Of a DNA stretch of 64,000 nt, positions 9,352 to 19,273 are shown in pieces; position 1 is the stretch's first letter; the number at the start of each line of letters is the position of its first letter. Location: the IMG/VR virus record IMGVR_UViG_3300031851_000001. One strand, written 5' to 3'. The DNA is from a virus (Duplodnaviria > Caudoviricetes). A program made the position numbers and the translations under genes. The notes under the pieces were generated by a model. It searched no databases. It worked only from the letters and a program-made list of their open reading frames with translations, and had not been told where the DNA came from.

Positions 9352-10301
9352 TTATATTCAGCCTCAATCATTACTTCTGTAAGGAAAGCAACCATGTTAA
9401 CTTCGAGATCAGCAACAAAATTAGCCTTATACATATAGTCAGCCATCGTTACTACAAATCCGGGAAGTGAACGCATTTCAACTTTATCAGCTGCCATATC
9501 ATAGATCCGACGGAACATTTCATTCATATCCTGATCTGAGTTATTAGCAACCCATTTGCGCATGTTAGTAAAGTCTTTAGATTTCAATAAACGGAATACT
9601 TCATCAAGTGACTCTTGTTTTAGATTAACAAAGATACCTTCATCAATTCTACCTGAGGCAGCGTATGATTGTAACTCAGTTAGTACGCGACGGAAATCTG
9701 GAAAGTGTTTTTGGATTACCTTAGCCACTACAGCTTTATCGTAATCAATGTTTTCCATACCTAGGATTGTTTCAACTCTTTTCATAAACTGCATAGCTAG
9801 CTTAGGACGGTCGCTGGTTTCAATACTAAAATCAACTTCTGATAATCGAGATCGCAGAGGTTGAATGATACGGTTTTTAAAGTTACATGTGAATATAAAT
9901 CCACAGTTAGAGGAATATTCTTCAATAAAGTTACGTAAAGCTGGTTGGACATTTGCAGCGTTTAGGTAATCAGCTTCATCAAAGATAACATATTTACGAC
10001 CACCACTAAGGGATACAGCCGAGGCATATGTAGAAATATCATAACGAAGAGTATCAATGTTAACGTTCAATGAACCATTCTTTACAATATAATCACAACC
10101 CATTTCTTCAAGCATAGCTTTTGCGATGGTTGTTTTGCCTACACCGGGACCACCAGACAACAATAAGTTTGGTACACTATCATCAGTGACAAACTTTTTA
10201 AACATTGCTTTGGTTTTTTCAGGTAGGATAGTCTCGTCAATTTTCTGAGGACGATATCGTTCAACCCAGAGGACTTCGTTTGCTTTAGCATCAATAGACA
10301 T
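9348..10301 (-). CDS. gp44: Clamp loader large subunit gp44
   Basis: LWVERYRP, Walker A GGPGVGKT, DEAD, FPDFRR. Confidence 0.96.
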   Translation of the reverse strand: MSIDAKANEVLWVERYRPQKIDETILPEKTKAMFKKFVTDDSVPNLLLSGGPGVGKTTIAKAMLEEMGCDYIVKNGSLNVNIDTLRYDISTYASAVSLSGGRKYVIFDEADYLNAANVQPALRNFIEEYSSNCGFIFTCNFKNRIIQPLRSRLSEVDFSIETSDRPKLAMQFMKRVETILGMENIDYDKAVVAKVIQKHFPDFRRVLTELQSYAASGRIDEGIFVNLKQESLDEVFRLLKSKDFTNMRKWVANNSDQDMNEMFRRIYDMAADKVEMRSLPGFVVTMADYMYKANFVADLEVNMVAFLTEVMIEAEYK

Positions 10302-10362
10302 ATTGTCTCCATAATATAAAAATAAAGTGCAGGTTTATAACGAGAGCCTGCGTCGTTTACTA

Positions 10363-10620
10363 TTACTGAACTTTGTCAGCTAGTGGCGCATCTTCTGGTA
10401 CATTAGCAGGTGCTTCAACCGGCATATTACCTTGAGGTGCTTCACCTTGTGGTGCATTTTGTTGTAGGAACATTTCAAATTTATTTCGTAACATTCCGAT
10501 GCCTGCGAGTTCGTTACCCGCAATGCCACCACGACGACTGACTACGTCAATCATTTGAACTACTGTCGCAATGTCTTGCAACGATAGGTTGATTTGTTCT
10601 TGTTCTTGTTGTTCGCTCAT
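10363..10620 (-). CDS. Hypothetical protein
   Basis: 85-aa ORF between gp45 and gp44. Confidence 0.7.
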   Translation of the reverse strand: MSEQQEQEQINLSLQDIATVVQMIDVVSRRGGIAGNELAGIGMLRNKFEMFLQQNAPQGEAPQGNMPVEAPANVPEDAPLADKVQ

Positions 10621-10626
10621 GTTATA

Positions 10627-11289
10627 TTATCCTTTTTTATAAGTCGACTTAGTATCAATCGCTACATAATAAGTAGCGTCGGTTCCCTTAAACTCAGAGA
10701 TACCCTTTGCGCAAAGAGTAACATGGTAATCCTGAGCCAAGAGTTTAAGATTATCTGTTTTGATAATAACCTTAAATTCATCTGAGGTTGCGCCAATCTC
10801 TACGCCATAATCATCAGCACCTTGGTCAGCGCTGTCAATAGCTTTGAGATAAACTTTACCCTCACTACCAACGAATGCAATTTCTTTGAATTGAAGTACG
10901 CCGGCAGCTTTAATTACTGATTGCATATCATCCCAAGATACATCAACAACCACATCCTTCGTAGGAAGGTCAATCTCTTTTTCTGGGGCTGCGTGGATCA
11001 TTGAAATGTCGGCGAACGCGTATTTGGTGCGCTGTTTGCCTTCTGCAATTGTAAAGTATTTATCATGGAATTCTACGTCAGGATCTTTATAAAGACCTAG
11101 AATTGATAGAAAACGTGATAGATCATAGATACATGCCTGTGACGGAATGCTATCTGTAATCGTGGCTTTTGCCACAAGTGTTTTTTCTGGTGTAATAGTC
11201 TTTAGTACATTGCCTTCCTTCATAAGGATAGACTTGTTGATTGTGGAAAAACTCTTAAGAATAGTAAGAGTGCGTTCAGAAAATTTCAT
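10627..11289 (-). CDS. gp45: Sliding clamp gp45 (start 11289)
   Basis: MKFSERTLTILKSFSTINKSIL, IYDLSRFL. GGAG SD before ATG 11289. Confidence 0.93.
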   Translation of the reverse strand: MKFSERTLTILKSFSTINKSILMKEGNVLKTITPEKTLVAKATITDSIPSQACIYDLSRFLSILGLYKDPDVEFHDKYFTIAEGKQRTKYAFADISMIHAAPEKEIDLPTKDVVVDVSWDDMQSVIKAAGVLQFKEIAFVGSEGKVYLKAIDSADQGADDYGVEIGATSDEFKVIIKTDNLKLLAQDYHVTLCAKGISEFKGTDATYYVAIDTKSTYKKG

Positions 11290-11321
11290 TATGTAAGTGC
11301 TCCATTGTTTATATAATATTA

Positions 11322-11350
11322 ATAATATCACAACTATCGTTGTATGTCAA
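11322..11350 (-). promoter_or_regulatory. sigma70 promoter, TGTG-extended class
   Basis: TTGACA-tacaacgatagttgtga-TATTAT. Confidence 0.75.
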
Positions 11351-12211
11351 CTATTTTTTACCTTTGTATGTTTTTTGGTTTGAAGATTTATCCGCTGTTG
11401 CTGATAAACCCAGTGATCCAATTGCTCCCATGTTACCTTTAAAGATATACGAACCAATATGGTTGATTTGCATCCAAGGACACATCCATACCTTCATACC
11501 AGCTTCACGCGCTTTTTGACAAAAGAAGTAATCTTCACTCAAATAACGTTTGGTTCTGGGATCAATAATACAATCAAAGTAAGCCATAATTTCGTTAGAT
11601 CCGTCAAACTTTTCAGTTCTTGCATGATCTGGTTTATAACTATACTCTGGGTATGCTGCTTTGTATGTTTCAAATGTTTTTCGTGGAATACACATAAAGC
11701 CTGTACCACCTTCGCCAATTTCTAATGGCTGTGATAGTTGAAAGCTTGACATTTTATCAACTGGATTAAAAACATAATCAGCAGTGTATTGGTCTAATAG
11801 GAACGGGTTTTCATCGGCTTTACCTAGTTCAGCAGCTCGAGCAACCTTTTCCCATGCGATTGTTTTCTTAGGGTATGGACCTGTAACGATATTGTATTTT
11901 TCTGGATCTGATACTTGTACTGCAATCATACCAAAAATATCTCTTGGATCAAAAGCAATATCCGAATCAATAAACACTAAGTGAGTACAATCCGATCTCA
12001 TAAACTCATCGGCAACATAGTTACGTGCTCGTTGAATTAAACTTTCATTAAACAAATAGTAAAACTTTACAGTAATACCATTAGCTGCGCACATCATTGC
12101 AAGATCGGTACATGATTTAGTAAACGATCCACTGCAATTCCCTCCATACATTGGCGTCCCAATAAAGATTTTATATTGTTTTAGTTCGTCAACGCTGATT
12201 TCAATTTTCAT
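11351..12211 (-). CDS. GT-A fold (GT2-like) glycosyltransferase
   Basis: IGTPMYGG, RARN, FIDSD (DxD), LSEDYFFC, HIG. Confidence 0.75.
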   Translation of the reverse strand: MKIEISVDELKQYKIFIGTPMYGGNCSGSFTKSCTDLAMMCAANGITVKFYYLFNESLIQRARNYVADEFMRSDCTHLVFIDSDIAFDPRDIFGMIAVQVSDPEKYNIVTGPYPKKTIAWEKVARAAELGKADENPFLLDQYTADYVFNPVDKMSSFQLSQPLEIGEGGTGFMCIPRKTFETYKAAYPEYSYKPDHARTEKFDGSNEIMAYFDCIIDPRTKRYLSEDYFFCQKAREAGMKVWMCPWMQINHIGSYIFKGNMGAIGSLGLSATADKSSNQKTYKGKK

Positions 12212-12843
12212 ATTTCAATTTGCTCCAAATCGTTTTCTGCACGTGTAATGGCTTGAAGTCGCAGAATGTCTGCAGCCACGTCGTGTTTACTATCATGTGC
12301 TTTAAAATTATATTCCCATTTAGCAGTATTAGATACAGGAACAAAACCATTTATTTTAGGGAAATCAAACTTGGCATCAATAAATGTACGAGTATCACGT
12401 ACAGCCCAATACTTAAGGTAATCATTCATAAGTGAAGTCTTATTTGCGTATTGTGCTAATCTCTCTAGTATTACTGGATCAAAAGAATTAGATCTTGACC
12501 ACCATCGCTCAACCTTATTAGATGATCTTAAATAGTCAATTAACTTTTCCATAAATTGAACTGGTGTAAGATCGTTTTCTGATGGTTTTAGATTAACTCT
12601 TAATGCAGGTGGTTGGTCAAGCCACCATTGTAAATCACGATCGTTATATTTACATCCGTGGTTTTGTACTTGGTCTTTAATATTAAACTTAGCTTGTTGC
12701 ATGCCAAGTACCAACTCTTTAAAAGAATATGGATTTTCTGTAAATCGACTCCAATCAAAGGTCGTGTACGAGCAATCAATCGCTGGTACCTCGCGTGAGT
12801 TTTGACCAATGGTTTCGAAGTCAATAATAAAGTGTGTGCTCAT
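12208..12843 (-). CDS. dexA: DexA-like DEDDh 3'-5' exonuclease
   Basis: FIIDFETIG, WSRSNSFDPVIL, YWAVRDTRT, HDSKHDVAADIL. Confidence 0.85.
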   Translation of the reverse strand: MSTHFIIDFETIGQNSREVPAIDCSYTTFDWSRFTENPYSFKELVLGMQQAKFNIKDQVQNHGCKYNDRDLQWWLDQPPALRVNLKPSENDLTPVQFMEKLIDYLRSSNKVERWWSRSNSFDPVILERLAQYANKTSLMNDYLKYWAVRDTRTFIDAKFDFPKINGFVPVSNTAKWEYNFKAHDSKHDVAADILRLQAITRAENDLEQIEI

Positions 12844-14045
12844 TATATAAATGCCTCTAGTGTATCTGCTTTAGTAATATAGTCGGCCTTCTGACTATGA
12901 TTATACTGCATAATGTAGTCCGTGTCAACCATTTTTGCGTTACCTTCAATATATTTTTTCACTTCGCCTGCCATGTCTTTTGCAGTTTGAACTGGAACGT
13001 TTTGGCAAATATGGTTAGATGATTGCTTTGGATTAAGCAATTCAAAGTCTTGTGGCAATCCCATAATAGTCATAGCTTCTCTATATGTAATGAAACGATC
13101 TTCATCTGGGTGTGTTAACATTTTAGGATAATGTCCAACAAAAGCACCAATATAATCTTTAGGAATAGTTACACCACGTTTCATAATGTTACCACCTGAT
13201 TTTAGCTTTTCATATTTACGCATAGATTTTTCAGCTTCGTTATCATAGCCATGCTTAGCCATCCATTCAGAAACCTGTTTAAAGTTATATCCATTACGTT
13301 CAATATATGTAAATACACATAAACCAGATTTAGTAAACTGATTGTCAACTAATTCAGAATGTTCTTTGTGTGTTCTACCACCATGTATCTCTTCTAAAAC
13401 AAACTTATAGTAAGGATTATCTGATGGAGTCTTATTACTGATTGGTTCCATTTGAAAGTTTGATGTTACCTCACGTATTACTTCTTCAATAGGTTTGTGT
13501 GGTCTATTGAAATATCCAAGCAATGGTGTTTGTGTATCTTTCCAAAAGAAATAAAACGAACGCTCACGTACTTGTGGTGCGCCATGTAATAGAGATCTTG
13601 TTCTATATACAGACATGGTGTAACCGTTTTTCTTACCAATTTCTCTTAATTGGGCTCTAACGTTTGTACCAATTTTACCTGCAAATGCTGGAGCATTCTC
13701 ACCCCAGAACACTTTTGGTTTATATTCGCCTAAGATATATTCTGCAGTCTTTCCCATCCACTGGTTATTTGGATTATGATCGCCATAACCGTGAGACATC
13801 ATAGATAAACCAGCACACGGACAAACAGATGATACCACATCAGCTCTTTCATTTACAGGTGGTGCTTCGCCTTGGTCCAACAGATAATAATTAATTCTAT
13901 TATCATAATAATTTAAAATGTGGCTATCGTTTGCTTGAAAACCATCGTACGACATAAAGTGTAGTGGTTCAGTTCCAAATGCTTGTTGTGATCCAATAGT
14001 TTCGCCACCAATTAATGGAACAATAGATGCGTGTGTAATACTCAT
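12843..14045 (-). CDS. C5-cytosine methyltransferase homolog with atypical motif I
   Basis: Motif IV CPCAGLS, VI GENAP, VIII PQVRER, IX/X REAMTIMGLP and QNVPV. Motif I reads VPLIGG rather than FxGxGG. Confidence 0.75.
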   Translation of the reverse strand: MSITHASIVPLIGGETIGSQQAFGTEPLHFMSYDGFQANDSHILNYYDNRINYYLLDQGEAPPVNERADVVSSVCPCAGLSMMSHGYGDHNPNNQWMGKTAEYILGEYKPKVFWGENAPAFAGKIGTNVRAQLREIGKKNGYTMSVYRTRSLLHGAPQVRERSFYFFWKDTQTPLLGYFNRPHKPIEEVIREVTSNFQMEPISNKTPSDNPYYKFVLEEIHGGRTHKEHSELVDNQFTKSGLCVFTYIERNGYNFKQVSEWMAKHGYDNEAEKSMRKYEKLKSGGNIMKRGVTIPKDYIGAFVGHYPKMLTHPDEDRFITYREAMTIMGLPQDFELLNPKQSSNHICQNVPVQTAKDMAGEVKKYIEGNAKMVDTDYIMQYNHSQKADYITKADTLEAFI

Positions 14046-14062
14046 TATTTACCTTTCTGATA

Positions 14063-15316
14063 TTAGAAGAATGACTCTAAGCCAATCGTTGGCTTTTCTG
14101 GAATTGGAAATTCTTCTAAGTTTGGCGCAACATAATTTGGATTTATGCTGGTCATAATCTTATTATTGAGGAATGTACCGTCATAATATTCTGGTTTTAA
14201 AATTGTTTTTTGTAGTAGTTCTAACAAATGATTATATTTTGCTGGATCGTCCTTTAACATTTGAATACGCTCAGCTAATTGTTCTGGAGATTTAACTCTT
14301 AGAAAATCAGGAATATTTGTATGTCTTTGCTCGTCGTAAGTTGGATGTAAAAATGGAATTACACCAGCGTGGATCATTTCAATATATTTTGAAGTTACCC
14401 AACCTTTTTTAATTGGAATGATAAAAGTAAATTTAACATCTTGTAGTTTTTCTTGCAGCGCGTCAATTTTAAGCGATCCTTTAAACCGCGTATCACCTTC
14501 CATAATTTCTTCTGACCATTTGCCATAAATGTCAACATCCTCATTATGGTCGAGGATCCATTCTTTTAACAATTTATAACGCGATGGTTTGCCTTCGTTT
14601 AATACAATCATAAAGTCTGTATTACGATTTCTATTTATGTCCGTTCCATGTTCGTAATCTAAACAAAAAGCTGTTTCCATACCTGCATATACAGATTTAA
14701 CTGATATTGGTGTACGTGTTTGGTCTTCATACGAATTAATTTTATTTGAAATATATTCATAATCGTATTGACCAAGTGACATTGTTGGTGGATGCATCAT
14801 ATCTCTGGCTTGATTCATAACATACCGTGGATCATTTACAATTTCAACATAGTTTGGTCTACAATCATTTAACCACGATGTAATACCAGTCGTATAACCT
14901 TTTGTCATATCAAGTACTGTTGATATTTGAGTTGCGTCGTTTACTTTAACAATTCTATCGGGTATCGTAACAGAACCAACTTGACCAACCATTAGTACAG
15001 TATAATCAAGTTCAATATTATTATTTTTGAGATAGTTTTTTACATGGTCATAATAATCTTGGTTGTAATGCTCAGGTCCAATAGACCTTTTGTTCCAAAC
15101 ATCTACTACGTTGTTATATGGAAATAATTCGTATTGCTCTGCTTCATTTAAATAACCATAATCAGTACGTCCAATAATATGGAATGTAATATCTGGGTTA
15201 AGGTTTGCTAATGCGCGTAGCGTACAGCTTGCCTCGTTGTCGCCACCAATTGGCGAATATTTATTTCTCTGGAACTTTACCGATTTGCCAAGTTTTCCAA
15301 ATCCAATGTGTTTCAT
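14063..15316 (-). CDS. GT-B DNA glycosyltransferase, T4 beta-glucosyltransferase-like
   Basis: C-terminal domain (DIYGKW, FKG, VTSKYIEMIHAGVIPF, LRVKSPEQLAERIQML) parallels the T4 BGT C-domain as I recall it. Confidence 0.7.
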   Translation of the reverse strand: MKHIGFGKLGKSVKFQRNKYSPIGGDNEASCTLRALANLNPDITFHIIGRTDYGYLNEAEQYELFPYNNVVDVWNKRSIGPEHYNQDYYDHVKNYLKNNNIELDYTVLMVGQVGSVTIPDRIVKVNDATQISTVLDMTKGYTTGITSWLNDCRPNYVEIVNDPRYVMNQARDMMHPPTMSLGQYDYEYISNKINSYEDQTRTPISVKSVYAGMETAFCLDYEHGTDINRNRNTDFMIVLNEGKPSRYKLLKEWILDHNEDVDIYGKWSEEIMEGDTRFKGSLKIDALQEKLQDVKFTFIIPIKKGWVTSKYIEMIHAGVIPFLHPTYDEQRHTNIPDFLRVKSPEQLAERIQMLKDDPAKYNHLLELLQKTILKPEYYDGTFLNNKIMTSINPNYVAPNLEEFPIPEKPTIGLESFF

Positions 15317-15319
15317 AAT

Positions 15320-15679
15320 CTAATCCTTCATCAATTCTATAAACGTATAGGGAAGCATGGCCTTGTCATCAATATAGTAAACACCATATGGTTTACCGTA
15401 TTGTATTTCATCGTAAGGTACTTTATGCTCATTTAACCACGTTGTAGTAATATCACCAACATCCTCTATGACTTTATTTATGTCTCCACGATGAGTCAAC
15501 ATTCTTCGCGCAGTACTAATAACAATTTTATATTCAAGCTTTTTTGCTTTAGTAAGTGCTTCTATCATTTCAGGGATTGGCTGTGCTAATCCATATTTTC
15601 TATATGTATCCTTTTCGTCATGATTAGGAATACATATAGTATCGTCTAAATCAACGACTAATGTTTTTTGCGTAGTCAT
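15320..15679 (-). CDS. HAD phosphatase (EcbF/BcbF-like)
   Basis: VVDLDDTI (DxDxT), TAR, GKP, YIDDKA. Confidence 0.85.
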   Translation of the reverse strand: MTTQKTLVVDLDDTICIPNHDEKDTYRKYGLAQPIPEMIEALTKAKKLEYKIVISTARRMLTHRGDINKVIEDVGDITTTWLNEHKVPYDEIQYGKPYGVYYIDDKAMLPYTFIELMKD

Positions 15680-17120
15680 TTACGTAATCTTTCATTCTTT
15701 GTTGTCTGTCTGGACAATCATAGTGTAATTTAATGCAGGTAGCAATCAATAAAGCACCACCATCAATTATTTCATTATATACCGTCGGATAGTATTTGTC
15801 AACTAGTTTACTAAATGACCAGGAAACATAATCAGGATATTTGTTTCCTGTAACTAATTCAGAATAGCCATGATATAAGTCATGTGATAGTTTACACATA
15901 TCATATAAGTAATCACCACCGCAGCCAACATGGTCTCCGTACGAACCGCGAGGATCAAGCAATGTGATACTATCATTATATGGATTATATAGAATATTAC
16001 CAAAGTGTAAATCGCCATGCATTGCCGAAACAGGTTCAGCTTTATCAAGGCAGCGTTGTGCGACACCGTTATAAAAATCTTTAGAACATGTTAGACGTTC
16101 CGATGTTTTATTGACCCACATCTTTTCAGCATTATCATGGAAGTCAGCAGTAAATTCTAATGTGGCTTTACCATGGAAGTGAGTACGCATAGCCAGAATA
16201 ACTTTTTCAATTAAGTAATCAATAGTACTATTAGAAATCTCTTCGTGTGCAAACAAATCAGATAATAGAATTCCTGACTCGTATGACATTGACAATGCGT
16301 AATCGTCTTTAAGAATTTTAGGAACAAACATACTCTGAACTGGATTGAGAGTTTCAAACCAATTCTTTTCGTTCATAATTGTTCTTACAGCAAATGTATT
16401 GTTATGAGATGGTATTTTAGTAATGGCGTTGATGTCTGATCTATATTCAAACGAATTAAACTCACGTGCCTTAAATGTAAGGAACTCTGCACAAGTTTTA
16501 TGGTACGATGCGATATCGCCAATGTCATACCAACGATCAGTGTTTATATTATTAAAGGCACCATATAATTCAAGCGCATCGGATATTTCATAACCATCAG
16601 TATCATAAAAACAATCTGAAGCTTTTATCCCATCACTAAAACTATATAAACCGACAAGCGCGTCAGCATTTGGAACTGTGTTTTTTGGTTTATTAAAATA
16701 GTTGTTACCATCCCACATGCACCAAGCAAAGTGATCATCGACTTGTTTAGTTAATAGAAAATCAGAACCAAGTGGCAGCTCATCCTCAAGGATAATAGCA
16801 TCACCTAACCAAACAACAAGTGGCAATGATTTATCATCTAAGCTTTCAATACCAACTGATATAGCATCACGGGGACCATTAAGAGATCCCTGCTTTACGC
16901 ATTTAACTACATCGTATTTTTTAGCCCATTCTCTGATGTCATTATGTTTACCATCAACGACAACGATTTGGTTTATTCCTGTCGTATTATTATAAATGGA
17001 TTCAATAATATACTCGATAGTTGGTTTGCCGTGTACACGTACCATTGCCTTTGAACAGTTTGATGTTAACGGTTTAAGACGTGTGGCTTCACCTGCTGCC
17101 GGTATTACTATGTTTATCAT
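15651..17120 (-). CDS. Sugar nucleotidyltransferase fused to APH/choline-kinase-like domain
   Basis: IPAAGEATRL..K N-domain and HGDLHFGNIL / LLDPRG C-domain. Confidence 0.85.
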   Translation of the reverse strand: MINIVIPAAGEATRLKPLTSNCSKAMVRVHGKPTIEYIIESIYNNTTGINQIVVVDGKHNDIREWAKKYDVVKCVKQGSLNGPRDAISVGIESLDDKSLPLVVWLGDAIILEDELPLGSDFLLTKQVDDHFAWCMWDGNNYFNKPKNTVPNADALVGLYSFSDGIKASDCFYDTDGYEISDALELYGAFNNINTDRWYDIGDIASYHKTCAEFLTFKAREFNSFEYRSDINAITKIPSHNNTFAVRTIMNEKNWFETLNPVQSMFVPKILKDDYALSMSYESGILLSDLFAHEEISNSTIDYLIEKVILAMRTHFHGKATLEFTADFHDNAEKMWVNKTSERLTCSKDFYNGVAQRCLDKAEPVSAMHGDLHFGNILYNPYNDSITLLDPRGSYGDHVGCGGDYLYDMCKLSHDLYHGYSELVTGNKYPDYVSWSFSKLVDKYYPTVYNEIIDGGALLIATCIKLHYDCPDRQQRMKDYVNDYAKNISR

Positions 17121-17751
17121 AATTTAATTTCCATTCACTATATTCATCTTCTAACATTGCCCACTGGCAACGAGTGTATTTATGTTCCGCTGTCTTATCC
17201 CATATGATCCACATATAGGCAATCATACCACCAATTTGGTCTTTTTTATCAACAGGTTCTAATATGTTAGAATCAAATCTTACTCTGTCTGATAGATATA
17301 TTATATCACTAGGTGGGTTAGATGTAAACAGTTTATTTCGCTTCTTACCTTCAAGAAACGTTAAACGTAAAAACATTGCAGTGTAATCGTATTCGTCTGT
17401 CCATTTTTCTGCTAGTTTGCGTGGCAAATCTTTATGGTATGGAGGGTTAGTGATTACACCTTTAACGTCTTTATCTTTTGGTAACTCTAATGCGTCGTAT
17501 GGTGTATTTATGTTAGTGAGAGTATTAGGATATACGTTAAGGTCGTAGGATATAACATCGTGGCCATTACGTAAAAGCTCTGATGAAATATGCCCACGAC
17601 CAGCGCATGGCTCTATAACTTTATGCGGTACATTACCGTATTTACATAGAATATATGTTGCTAAGGGAGGAGTAGGATAAAAATCATTCACCGTTCTATT
17701 TGGATCATTCTTTTTAACGCCAACATATATGTCCGTTAAGTTATTCGCCAA
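17089..17751 (-). CDS. DNA amino-methyltransferase (N6-adenine type)
   Basis: DFYPTP, EPCAGRG (SAM motif), ITNPPY. Confidence 0.8.
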   Translation of the reverse strand: MANNLTDIYVGVKKNDPNRTVNDFYPTPPLATYILCKYGNVPHKVIEPCAGRGHISSELLRNGHDVISYDLNVYPNTLTNINTPYDALELPKDKDVKGVITNPPYHKDLPRKLAEKWTDEYDYTAMFLRLTFLEGKKRNKLFTSNPPSDIIYLSDRVRFDSNILEPVDKKDQIGGMIAYMWIIWDKTAEHKYTRCQWAMLEDEYSEWKLNYDKHSNTGSR

Positions 17752-18253
17752 GTGAAGTTACCCGTACATTTGCTTCTTTAAACATAGGTAAACTCTTTTC
17801 TTCCCATACCTTTTGCCAATCACCTTTAACACTTTTATCTGATGATATGACTACACGTTTAATACCCGCTTGAATAACAAGTTTGGTACAATCAGAACAT
17901 ATAGGTAATCCATATACGTATAAAGTAGAGTCTTTTAGTGATACACCGGCATATAACGCATTCATAAGTGCATTCATTTCAGCATGTACTACAAGACTAT
18001 GTTTGGTAGGACGATCGTTTAAACGATCTTCAGTATCTTCAATACCTTTTGGAAACCCATTATAGCCTGTAGCCAATATGCGTCTATCATCATTAACAGC
18101 AACACAACCAATTTTACTTGAAGGGTCTTTGCTCCAATCAGCGATCATAGTCGCTAATGACATAAAACGGTTATCCCATTTAAGGCGGTTTGTATCGTCT
18201 TCTTTCATTCGTCTTCCCATATAAGCATAATAGCTTTCCCTACTTGCACTCAT
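17741..18253 (-). CDS. cd: dCMP deaminase
   Basis: SKDPSSKIGCV, GYNGFP, HAEMNA, PICSDC. Confidence 0.92.
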   Translation of the reverse strand: MSASRESYYAYMGRRMKEDDTNRLKWDNRFMSLATMIADWSKDPSSKIGCVAVNDDRRILATGYNGFPKGIEDTEDRLNDRPTKHSLVVHAEMNALMNALYAGVSLKDSTLYVYGLPICSDCTKLVIQAGIKRVVISSDKSVKGDWQKVWEEKSLPMFKEANVRVTSLGE

Positions 18254-18948
18254 TGTTTTACCAAATCAAAGTGACGTTCATAGGTATGTAAGTTCATTAC
18301 CTGCCACGTAAGCATACCCTTTTGAATAGTAAAGTGCTTATTGCCGGGAAGTTTACATTGTTCATTCCATTGAGCAACAAACTTATCCATAAGATATTGT
18401 GCCCACGCATAATCATTCTTGTAGCCAAACACAACATCATTAGAACGCATTTGAGATACCATATGTAAGATACCATCACGAATATAGAATGTTTGTGCAT
18501 TAGTACAGATGAAATCAGACTTACCACCTTCGTCAAACTCAACCCAAATAGATGGACGATTATAAATCATTTGAGCACGACGGCTATCAGGGTTACTCCA
18601 TAGTTCATCAAAAGCATTTTGGAATTGGTTATGATATTTTTTAGAGAATACTAAATGGCCATAGTTGGAATTAATATTACCGTGCGGATCTGCTGAATAT
18701 TGCCATGCGGCAGGAGCAGGTTTGGATGGTCCATAGATATCATTAATGTTTGTTGATTGCGACTCATACCATGCCAACTCCGCATTAATATATTCTTGTA
18801 CAGGTTTACCAAAGATAGCAGGTTCATCAGCGACAAACGATGCACCAAGTAGCTCGATTGTTTTTGCACCAGTTTTATCTGTAGTAAATCGTTCAGCTTT
18901 TAGTTCGTCAATAAAATAATTACGAATGTCACTTACGCTATTCATCAT
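18250..18948 (-). CDS. gp42: dCMP hydroxymethyltransferase gp42
   Basis: DKTGAKTIELLGASFVADEP, INSNYG, DSRR, DFICT (catalytic Cys), RSNDVVFGYKND (Asp specifying dCMP). Start taken at the SD-preceded ATG. Confidence 0.9.
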   Translation of the reverse strand: MMNSVSDIRNYFIDELKAERFTTDKTGAKTIELLGASFVADEPAIFGKPVQEYINAELAWYESQSTNINDIYGPSKPAPAAWQYSADPHGNINSNYGHLVFSKKYHNQFQNAFDELWSNPDSRRAQMIYNRPSIWVEFDEGGKSDFICTNAQTFYIRDGILHMVSQMRSNDVVFGYKNDYAWAQYLMDKFVAQWNEQCKLPGNKHFTIQKGMLTWQVMNLHTYERHFDLVKQ

Positions 18949-19261
18949 CTTCTCCTTTAAATCTATCATCGGTATCAATTGGATCAGACTCAAGTGTTGT
19001 CATACAAAGGATCATCATTTGAGTTAATGCGTGTGATACGTGTGGTAAGCCAGACTCTGGGTCAATATCTTCACCAGAAATATACGCCAAAAGGTGACGT
19101 TGAATAGAAGAGTAATGACGAGATACTGGAAATTTATTTATGTCATGCCGCCAATTGTTTTCACCATACTTTTCAGCACCAAAACCAAATACCTTAGCAG
19201 CTTCAATGATAGCTTCTGGCGGAACTAAATGGATTTTTGGTTTGTCATTATCAAATTTCAT
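18938..19261 (-). CDS. dATP/dGTP diphosphohydrolase-like (DUF5664)
   Basis: KFDNDKPKIHLVP, GAEKYGENNW, RH, DPESGLPHVSHA. Confidence 0.85.
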   Translation of the reverse strand: MKFDNDKPKIHLVPPEAIIEAAKVFGFGAEKYGENNWRHDINKFPVSRHYSSIQRHLLAYISGEDIDPESGLPHVSHALTQMMILCMTTLESDPIDTDDRFKGEDDE

Positions 19262-19273
19262 ATACTTGTTTCC

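Noticed and set aside
18250-18993. Thymidylate synthase (and the track's longer start)
   Set aside because: Asp rather than Asn at the specificity position and close gp42-like motifs. The upstream ATG overlaps the DUF5664 gene, while 18948 has an SD. A dCMP hydroxylase variant cannot be excluded by eye.
18938-19261. dZ (2-aminoadenine) genome implied by DUF5664
   Set aside because: No PurZ in the window, and the context is cytosine modification.
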